A DNA stretch of 5,163 nt from a virus. Taxonomy: Duplodnaviria > Heunggongvirae > Uroviricota > Caudoviricetes. The stretch lies in the IMG/VR virus record IMGVR_UViG_2667527792_000002. One strand, 5' to 3'. Each line of letters starts with the position of its first letter. Position 1 is the first letter of the stretch. This document shows, one piece after another, positions 1 through 5,163 of the stretch. Made by a program: the position numbers and the translations under genes. The notes below the pieces were generated by a model, which made no database searches, was not told the origin of the DNA, and saw only the letters and a program-made list of their open reading frames with translations.

Positions 1-141
1 GATGATGGCTCTTTCTGGCCTGTACTGGAAGGTATCCCGGCAACAGAGATGTTCAAAGTGATTCCACAGGCACCGGGCCATGCCTACGGGATGTTTATGG
101 AACGTTTTAACGAGTTATCGGAGTTACGCAAATGCGCATGA
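1..141 (+). CDS. 3' end of unknown prophage protein (partial, start lies upstream of window)
   Basis: Open frame 1 from the window edge to TGA at 139-141 (...FMERFNELSELRKCA*). Its stop overlaps the start of the next ORF (ATGCGCATGA), suggesting translational coupling. No family recognised. Confidence 0.4.
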   Translation, partial: DDGSFWPVLEGIPATEMFKVIPQAPGHAYGMFMERFNELSELRKCA

Positions 142-494
142 ATGTTTTCGAAATGGAAGGGTTTCTTCGTGGGAGATGTGTACCGCGAGATCTGAAAGTG
201 AATGAAACAGATGCTGAATACCTGGTGCGTAAATTCGATGCGCTTGAAGCTAAATGTGCAGCACAGGAAAACAAAGTAATACCAGTGTCAACTGAACTGC
301 CACCAGCAAATGAAAGTGTTTTGTTATTCGATGCTAACGGAGAAGGCTGGCTAATTGGCTGGCGTTCTCTCTGGTACACCTGGGGACAAAAAGAAACCGG
401 AGAATGGCAGTGGACATTTCAGGTCGGGAGCCTTGAAAACGTCAATATCACTCACTGGGCAGTAATGCCAAAAGCACCGGAGGCTGGAGCATAA
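132..494 (+). CDS. DUF551-like phage protein (120 aa), function unknown
   Basis: 363-nt ORF, start overlapping upstream stop. C-terminal W-rich region ending in ITHWAVMPKAPE resembles the DUF551 signature (THW.PLP) as I recall it from phage accessory proteins. Not verified by search. Confidence 0.5.
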   Translation: MRMNVFEMEGFLRGRCVPRDLKVNETDAEYLVRKFDALEAKCAAQENKVIPVSTELPPANESVLLFDANGEGWLIGWRSLWYTWGQKETGEWQWTFQVGSLENVNITHWAVMPKAPEAGA

Positions 495-592
495 TGACCA
501 CTTTTACCGACAAAGAACTGATTAAAGAAATTAAAGAGCGTATCAGCAGCCTTGNCNTGNGNNANNATNTTGAAATCTTAAGGGTAAGATAA
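494..592 (+). other. Short coupled ORF (about 32 codons, MTTFTDKELIKEIKERISSL...) interrupted by ambiguous bases; possibly a truncated gene
   Basis: ATG at 494 overlaps the TAA stop of the preceding ORF (TAATG). Frame runs through the N-containing stretch 555-570 and stops at TAA 590-592, so the reading is unreliable. Confidence 0.2.
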
Positions 593-675
593 AAGGTCAT
601 TAGACAGAATGACACGTTTTATTAATAAATAAAGCTATTGTTTCATTCGTGTGTTTTTCTTTACAAAAGTAATCC

Positions 676-704
676 TTGCTATGGTTGGTTAATCATGCGT
701 TAAT
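676..704 (+). promoter_or_regulatory. Putative sigma70 promoter for cspI (-35 TTGCTA 676-681, 17-bp spacer, -10 GTTAAT 699-704) with AT-rich UP-like region upstream
   Basis: Hexamers resemble the cspA promoter (TTGCAT / CTTAAT). A start near 711 would give a ~145-nt leader, the long 5' UTR typical of cspA-family cold-shock genes. Sequence-based prediction only. Confidence 0.3.
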
Positions 705-855
705 GGTGTTCTGGTTTGTTACAAAATTATCTGAAGCAGTCATTGTTATAATTTTATTATTTGTACCTCTTGAGATTTCCTTGTTGGTTTTTCTCTCTGA
801 TATTTTTTTTCGGACCATTCTGCCCAAGGGCTAACTTCTTCAAAAGGTAATAATG

Positions 856-1068
856 ATGTCTAACAAAATGACTGGTTTAGTGAAATGGTTTAACCCTGAA
901 AAAGGTTTTGGTTTCATCACGCCGAAAGATGGTAGCAAAGATGTGTTTGTGCATTTCTCAGCTATTCAGAGCAACGATTTCAAAACGTTAACTGAGAATC
1001 AGGAAGTCGAATTTGGTATTGAGAACGGACCTAAAGGCCCTGCAGCTGTTCATGTAGTGACACTTTGA
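856..1068 (+). CDS. cspI: Cold-shock protein CspI (CspA family, 70 aa)
   Basis: Translation [70 protein letters not shown] has the RNP1/RNP2 cold-shock motifs and the [14 protein letters not shown] signature I recall for CspI of the Qin prophage. AAGG RBS 8 nt upstream. The ORF track starts one codon earlier (853); the second ATG matches the known N-terminus. Confidence 0.9.
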   Translation: MSNKMTGLVKWFNPEKGFGFITPKDGSKDVFVHFSAIQSNDFKTLTENQEVEFGIENGPKGPAAVHVVTL

Positions 1069-1272
1069 GGTAGAAAATATTACAAACCATATTCACTTTA
1101 GATGCCCGTGTTGCCATGGTTCTCAGTATAGAACATCATCTTTTGATGTTTCTGACAGAAATCCTTTCGGGGCAAAATGTATCTTTTGTAAATCAATGAT
1201 GATTACATTTGATAATATTTCACAATACTTAAATGTTAGCCATCTGTCGTTAGATTTAAGAAAGTGAAAATG

Positions 1273-1298
1273 AAGGCTCCTTCGGGAGCTTTTTTGCT
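1273..1298 (+). terminator. Rho-independent terminator candidate (stem GGCTCC / GGAGCT, UUCG loop, then TTTTTTGCTT)
   Basis: Hairpin at 1275-1290 followed by a run of six T. About 200 nt downstream of the cspI stop. The opposite strand also has a U-rich tail, so it may act in both directions. Confidence 0.5.
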
Positions 1299-1339
1299 TA
1301 GTGTCTAGTCGATGGATACTCACATATTACGGTAACATT

Positions 1340-1570
1340 ATGAAAAAAATAATAGTTTTTTTTAACTCTGAACCAGCAATGGTAGTGCCAGTGATGACCG
1401 GAGTTAACACCATCATGCGTGAATATCCAAATGGCGAAACAACACACCTCACTGTAATGGCTGCAGGGTTTCCATCTCTGACCGGAGATCATAAAGTCAT
1501 TTATGTAGCAGCGGATCGACATGTAACTTCAGAAGAAATTCTGGAAGCAGCAATGAGACTCTTGAATTGA
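1340..1570 (+). CDS. Small hypothetical protein (76 aa), possibly YmcE/YnfN-like
   Basis: ORF MKKIIVFFNSEPAMVVPV...EAAMRLLN from ATG 1340 (the track's 1301 start is a GTG inside the terminator tail). Weak RBS. It sits between cspI and a gns gene, as ymcE does in the cspG-ymcE-gnsA locus; the similarity claim is positional and by size, not sequence-verified. Confidence 0.45.
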   Translation: MKKIIVFFNSEPAMVVPVMTGVNTIMREYPNGETTHLTVMAAGFPSLTGDHKVIYVAADRHVTSEEILEAAMRLLN

Positions 1571-1742
1571 TTTGATTCTAATGCATTGATAATAAATGAT
1601 AATCATCTTTATCTGTTTGTGTGAAATTTAGACCGTCGTATGTTGATTATTGCGATGTTTCATCTTATCTTTTATACGTTTGCTCCATATAATTGACACT
1701 ACTGTGTACCAGGACAGTCATAACAGACTAAAAGAGGAAATG

Positions 1743-1916
1743 ATGAACATTGAAGAGTTAAAAACAAAAACAGAAGCAGATATTTCTGAATATATAACAA
1801 AAAAAATCATTGAGCTTAAGAAAAAGACCGGGAAAGAAGTTACCAGTATCCAGTTTACTGCACGGGAAAAAATGACTGGTCTTGAAAGCTATGATATCAA
1901 GATTGATTTAATCTAG
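1743..1916 (+). CDS. gnsB: GnsA/GnsB-family protein (57 aa)
   Basis: MNIEELKTKTEADISEYITKKIIELKKKTGKEVTSIQFTAREKMTGLESYDIKIDLI matches the Gns family (conserved TAREKMTGLESYD). AGAGGA RBS upstream. The track's longer ORF from 1650 is an upstream extension without RBS support. gnsB rather than gnsA is inferred from the prophage context next to cspI. Confidence 0.75.
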   Translation: MNIEELKTKTEADISEYITKKIIELKKKTGKEVTSIQFTAREKMTGLESYDIKIDLI

Positions 1917-1978
1917 CATGTTTATAGTATTAGCATCAATTTCTCATCAGATGCTATTCAACAATACAAATTATCCAT

Positions 1979-2006
1979 AAACCTCGTTTTTACGGGGTTT
2001 TGTTAT
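1979..2006 (+). terminator. Possible intrinsic terminator downstream of gnsB (stem AAACCUCG / CGGGGUUU with one G-U pair, then U-rich tail)
   Basis: Hairpin at 1979-2000 followed by TGTTATATTT. Part of the U-run is used in the stem, so this is weaker than the 1273-1298 candidate. Confidence 0.35.
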
Positions 2007-2211
2007 ATTTAAACATTACCGAATAGATATAAATCTCGATTGTCGATGGTATTGGTTGTGTGACAATACCTAGTCTTTCCGGTATGCCTGAAGAGAATAC
2101 AAACGACAGATTATGTAAGGGAAACGCGCTGAAACTTTCACTCTTTCATGCTGAGTGATTTGACGTTATATTTTTAGCCGCAAGTGAAGAGCAAACGAAT
2201 GGAGCGACAAA

Positions 2212-2418
2212 ATGCATAAAGATCAATACACTGATGCCCCCTCCCAGGAGCAGGTTCGTGTAAAAACTATGCTTAATAGCACCATTTCGATGGGTTACCC
2301 GGATGTTGTAATTGCATGTATAGAACATCAAGTATCTCTGGAAGCATTCAGGGCAATTGAGGCCGCGTTAGTAAAGCACGATAAGAATACGAAGGATTAT
2401 TCCCTGGTGGTTGACTGA
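2212..2418 (+). CDS. Hypothetical small protein (68 aa), prophage moron
   Basis: [43 protein letters not shown]... with GGAG RBS about 7 nt upstream of the ATG. No family recognised. Confidence 0.45.
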   Translation: MHKDQYTDAPSQEQVRVKTMLNSTISMGYPDVVIACIEHQVSLEAFRAIEAALVKHDKNTKDYSLVVD

Positions 2419-2781
2419 TCACCATAACTGCTAACCATTCTGACCATTTCACAAGTGACAGAGTCAATATCGTATTCTGTCACTGTAATGCTAATACAGT
2501 ACTGCAATTCAACTACAGCAATGCCTCGTATTTAGGTGAATTTACAATATCGTCCAGTTCGGATGCCGGCTGCATTTCTGAAGATAAGGCATTTCGGTTC
2601 GCGTATTTTCCCCTCATGCTCGTCAGTCCTGCGCGTAGTAAGAAACAGGACACTCACACTAATTTGTGTGAGCATGCTGTGATGTCCTTCTGAATTATCC
2701 CCATGCCATTATGTAACGCTCTGTTTCAGATGCTCGTCACGGTTGTCAGGCTGTCGGGTCCTCCCAGTGGGGGTCCCTGCC

Positions 2782-2801
2782 ACGGGGCGGGAGCGTCGCG
2801 G
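2782..2801. other. cosN-like cohesive-end site of a lambdoid phage (ACG|GGGCGGGAGCGT|CGCGG)
   Basis: GC-rich island in AT-rich DNA. Compared with lambda cosN (ACG GGGCGGCGACCT CGCGGG) it shares the ACG flank, the first six bases of the 12-nt overhang and the CGCGG flank. It lies about 196 bp upstream of the small terminase start; lambda cosN is about 190 bp from Nu1. Confidence 0.5.
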
Positions 2802-2847
2802 AAAAAGACTAGTTTTTGCATTTCCATGGCGGCGGCAGCATGTTTGG

Positions 2848-2860
2848 TAATTTATTGATA
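2848..2860 (-). promoter_or_regulatory. IHF-consensus-like site (WATCAANNNNTTR on the minus strand) within the putative cosB
   Basis: Plus strand TAATTTATTGATA matches the reverse complement of the IHF consensus. Its position between cosN and the direct repeats parallels lambda I1. Such matches are common in AT-rich DNA. Confidence 0.25.
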
Positions 2861-2877
2861 ATTAAAAGTTATTTCTC

Positions 2878-2964
2878 TTTTCACCTGTACAATATTTTTT
2901 TCTCCCTGTCATTAGACCAGTTTGCAATTAATTGAAATATATAAATAAACCTGATTTTCACCTG
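2878..2964 (+). repeat. Two 10-bp direct repeats TTTTCACCTG (2878-2887 and 2955-2964), candidate small-terminase binding elements (cosB R-like)
   Basis: Exact 10-bp repeat 77 bp apart, the second ending just before the small terminase start. Spacing from cosN resembles lambda R2 and R1. A 10-bp perfect palindrome CAATTAATTG (2925-2934) lies between them. Confidence 0.4.
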
Positions 2965-2980
2965 CCAGATGGAGTTGCTT

Positions 2981-3508
2981 ATGTCAAATGTGAGCGGGAT
3001 CGGTGATGCTTATTACTGGAGTGTTTTTAAAATCGCCGAGGCCTTTGGGCTTCACCGGGACACAGTAAAAAAACGGCTCCTCGCGGCCAACACTCCTGTG
3101 GCTGCGACTGTCAGGGGGAACCCCGTTTACGCCCTGCAGCATGTCGGGCCCGCCCTGTTTAGTGTGAAGCATGAGGCAGCAGACTCTGTTCATGATCCAT
3201 CCCGTATGGAGCCGAAAGAGAGAAAGGACTGGTACCAGTCTGAAAATGAAAGGATCAAGCTGGAAAAGGAGCAGCGAAAACTCATCCCAGTTGATGAAGT
3301 AGTCATCGTCTATTCGTCCATGAGAAAGGCTGTCGTCCAGGTTCTGGAGACAATTCCGGATGTTCTTGAACGCGATTGCGCCCTGACTCCTCAGGCCGTC
3401 GGCGTTGTACAGCAGGCCATTGATGACCTGCGATACACTCTTCAGGAAAAATCCTACGAGGCTTGTGCTGCTGAATTAATTCCTGATGAGGAAGGAGAGA
3501 GTCTCTAG
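2981..3508 (+). CDS. Phage terminase small subunit (Nu1-like DNA-packaging protein, NohA-type), 175 aa
   Basis: ORF immediately upstream of a gpA-family large terminase and downstream of a cos-like site. N-terminal HTH-like segment (IAEAFGLHRDTVKKRLL) then a charged coiled-coil-like middle, the same layout as lambda Nu1. Start placed at ATG 2981 (GGAG RBS at 2971-2974) rather than the track's 2969. Confidence 0.65.
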   Translation: MSNVSGIGDAYYWSVFKIAEAFGLHRDTVKKRLLAANTPVAATVRGNPVYALQHVGPALFSVKHEAADSVHDPSRMEPKERKDWYQSENERIKLEKEQRKLIPVDEVVIVYSSMRKAVVQVLETIPDVLERDCALTPQAVGVVQQAIDDLRYTLQEKSYEACAAELIPDEEGESL

Positions 3509-3516
3509 GAGGAATA

Positions 3517-4962
3517 ATGGGTTTTTCATCAGCCCGAAATTTGGGAAGGGACATATCGGCAGGATTTTCCCCACCACGTCGCATGCCGATTTCGGAGGCT
3601 GTTAAAAAATTCATGCGTGTTCCCAAGGGGGCTGGTAACTCGGTGCCATGGGATCCTGAACTGACACCCTACATCATTGAGCCCATGAACTGCCTGGCAT
3701 CGCGTGAATACGATGCGGTGATTTTTGTTGGTCCTGCGCGAACAGGGAAGACCATTGGTCTGATCGATGGATGGATTGTCTATACCATCGTTTGCGATCC
3801 TTCGGACATGCTCGTTGTGCAGATGACCGAAGATAAGGCCCGCGAGCATTCTAAAAAGCGCCTTGACAGAACGTTCAGAAGCAGTGCGGCGGTAAAGAAA
3901 AGAATGAGTCCACGTCGTAACGACAATAATGTCCATGATAAGACGTTCAGGGATGGCTCGTTCCTTAAAATTGGTTGGCCCTCGGTCAATATTATGTCGT
4001 CGTCGGATTACCGGTTTGTCGCCTTAACCGATTACGACCGTTTTCCGGAGAATATCGACAGCGAGGGTGATGGTTTCTCCCTGGCCTCAAAACGTACCAC
4101 CACATTTATGTCCGCCGGGATGACTCTGGTGGAGAGCTCGCCGGGACGTGACATCTGCGACAGCAAATGGCGACGTAAGTCGCCTCATGAAGCGCCACCG
4201 ACGACTGGTATTCTTTCCCTTTACAATCGTGGTGACCGCCGCCGCTGGTACTGGCCATGTCCGCACTGCGGTGAATATTTTCAGCCAGCTATGGATGCCA
4301 TGACCGGCTACCGTAATGAACCGGATCCCTTTAAAGCCAGTGAGGCGGCGTATCTACTTTGCCCGCACTGCAGCGGCATTATCACTGCGGAGAAAAAGCG
4401 TGAGCTCAATAGTGCAGGAGTCTGGTTGCGTGAAGGTCAGGTCATTGATCGTAACGGCAACGTTTCCGGTGAACCGCGCCGCTCCCGTATCGCCAGTTTC
4501 TGGATGGAAGGGCCAGCTGCTGCGTATCAGACCTGGGCGCAACTGGTTTACAAATTACTGACTGCAGAACAGGAGTATGAAGCGACAGGAAGCGAAGAAA
4601 CACTCAGGGCGGTTATCAACACCGACTGGGGATTGCCTTATCTTCCTCGTGCCAGCATGGAGCAACGAAAAAGTGAACTGCTTGAGCAGCGGGCAGAGCC
4701 AGTTCCTTCCCGCAGTGTTCCGGATGGCGTTAATTTCCTTGTGGCGACAGTGGATGTGCAGGCGGGACGTCATCGCCGTTTTGTGGTTCAGGTAACGGGC
4801 TATGGCAGCCGTGGCGAACGCTGGATTATTGATCGTTACAACATCACGCAGTCATTGCGCAGTGACTGCGACGGGGATACACGGGCGGGACCATCGGGAT
4901 GCAGCGTTCCGAGCAGGGTTATATTCCGGTGTCAGGTCATCTACAACGCCAACTGGCGCTGA
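3517..4962 (+). CDS. Phage terminase large subunit, lambda gpA family, C-terminally truncated (likely non-functional)
   Basis: AGGAGG RBS overlapping the upstream stop. Walker A-like VGPARTGKT, and [12 protein letters not shown]...LLCPHCSG resembling the lambda gpA Cys/His motif. About 450 residues of phage homology versus 641 in lambda gpA. After about 4860-4877 the frame reads through host ansA sequence out of frame to TGA at 4960-4962. Confidence 0.8.
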   Translation: MGFSSARNLGRDISAGFSPPRRMPISEAVKKFMRVPKGAGNSVPWDPELTPYIIEPMNCLASREYDAVIFVGPARTGKTIGLIDGWIVYTIVCDPSDMLVVQMTEDKAREHSKKRLDRTFRSSAAVKKRMSPRRNDNNVHDKTFRDGSFLKIGWPSVNIMSSSDYRFVALTDYDRFPENIDSEGDGFSLASKRTTTFMSAGMTLVESSPGRDICDSKWRRKSPHEAPPTTGILSLYNRGDRRRWYWPCPHCGEYFQPAMDAMTGYRNEPDPFKASEAAYLLCPHCSGIITAEKKRELNSAGVWLREGQVIDRNGNVSGEPRRSRIASFWMEGPAAAYQTWAQLVYKLLTAEQEYEATGSEETLRAVINTDWGLPYLPRASMEQRKSELLEQRAEPVPSRSVPDGVNFLVATVDVQAGRHRRFVVQVTGYGSRGERWIIDRYNITQSLRSDCDGDTRAGPSGCSVPSRVIFRCQVIYNANWR

Positions 4963-5163
4963 TGCCGGAATTCCATCGCCCGGAGATGCCAGATTTCACC
5001 ATTCATGAATATACGCCGTTGATGGATTCTTCTGATATGACGCCGGAAGACTGGCAGCATATTGCTGAAGATATTAAAGCGCACTATGACGACTATGATG
5101 GTTTTGTCATTCTACACGGTACCGACATGATGGCGTATACCGCCTCTGCGCTGTCGTTCATGC
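4899..5163 (+). CDS. ansA: L-asparaginase I (ansA), 5'-truncated; native start codon and first ~9 codons absent; continues past window end
   Basis: Frame-0 translation from 4878, [40 protein letters not shown]...[16 protein letters not shown], is near-identical to E. coli AnsA residues 10 onward as I recall them. Upstream in frame is a TGA at 4863-4865 with no ATG/GTG/TTG before the ATG at 4899 (native Met16). A product starting there would lack the catalytic Thr14 of the TGGT motif. Confidence 0.75.
   Translation, partial: MQRSEQGYIPVSGHLQRQLALMPEFHRPEMPDFTIHEYTPLMDSSDMTPEDWQHIAEDIKAHYDDYDGFVILHGTDMMAYTASALSFM

Noticed and set aside
107-379. 90-aa minus-strand ORF
   Set aside because: Entirely antisense to the better-supported DUF551-like gene and upstream coupled ORF; no RBS and no recognisable family.
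1123-1522. Minus-strand ORFs 1123-1323 (66 aa) and 1298-1522 (74 aa)
   Set aside because: One lies in the cspI 3' region across the terminator hairpin, the other is antisense to the 76-aa plus-strand ORF. Both are Cys/His/Trp-rich low-complexity translations typical of spurious antisense frames.
1591-1616. Fur-box-like GATAAT hexamer repeats (GATAATAAATGATAATCATCTTTATC) upstream of the Gns gene
   Set aside because: Only a partial, gapped match to the 19-bp Fur consensus in very AT-rich DNA; likely chance. Retained only as a weak possibility.
1650-1742. N-terminal extension of the Gns ORF (track start at 1650)
   Set aside because: Gns-family proteins are about 57 aa. The AGAGGA RBS sits just before the ATG pair at 1740/1743, and the extension has no homology.
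2146-2331. 61-aa minus-strand ORF
   Set aside because: Antisense to the 68-aa plus-strand ORF, which has an RBS; no features of its own.
2969-2980. Earlier start (ATG 2969) for the small terminase
   Set aside because: No RBS upstream of 2969, whereas the GGAG at 2971-2974 is correctly spaced for ATG 2981; the difference is only 4 codons.
2984-3989. Minus-strand ORFs 2984-3193, 3303-3626, 3529-3936 and 3780-3989
   Set aside because: All are antisense to the small and large terminase genes, which have clear family motifs; Arg/Pro-rich translations typical of reverse frames of GC-rich coding DNA.
4316-5008. Alternative-frame ORFs 4316-4561 (+), 4354-4542 (-), 4555-4773 (-), 4577-4795 (+) and 4802-5008 (+)
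   Set aside because: Embedded in other frames of the terminase large subunit or the ansA fragment; no independent start signals or homology.
1-5163. tRNA genes, CRISPR repeats, IS elements or integrase
   Set aside because: No T-loop-like GTTCGAATC/GTTCAAATC motifs in a cloverleaf context, no regularly spaced direct repeats with spacers, and no transposase or integrase-like ORF or terminal inverted repeats at the junction.

Overview
Late-region/moron segment of a defective lambdoid (Qin-like) prophage in an Escherichia/Shigella-type genome, ending in an abrupt junction with the host asparaginase I gene ansA. All supported genes are on the + strand. In order: 3' end of an unknown phage gene (1-141), translationally coupled to a 120-aa DUF551-like ORF (132-494); a short coupled ORF interrupted by ambiguous N bases (494-592, Ns at 555-570); an AT-rich cold-shock-type leader; cspI (856-1068); a hairpin/U-run terminator (1273-1298); a 76-aa small protein (1340-1570); a GnsB-family 57-aa protein (1743-1916); a 68-aa orphan ORF (2212-2418); a ~550-bp non-coding region holding a lambda-like cos site (cosN-like core near 2782-2801, cosB-like elements downstream); terminase small subunit (2981-3508); and a lambda gpA-family terminase large subunit (3517 onward) that is cut short near 4860-4878 and runs out of frame into ansA sequence lacking its first ~9 codons. 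No tRNA, rRNA, CRISPR array, integrase or IS element could be supported. I see no clearly novel multi-gene system; the most notable observations are the prophage-ansA junction, the intact cos plus small terminase in a defective prophage, and the cspI/small-protein/GnsB moron cassette. All homology statements are from recall of protein families, not from database searches.
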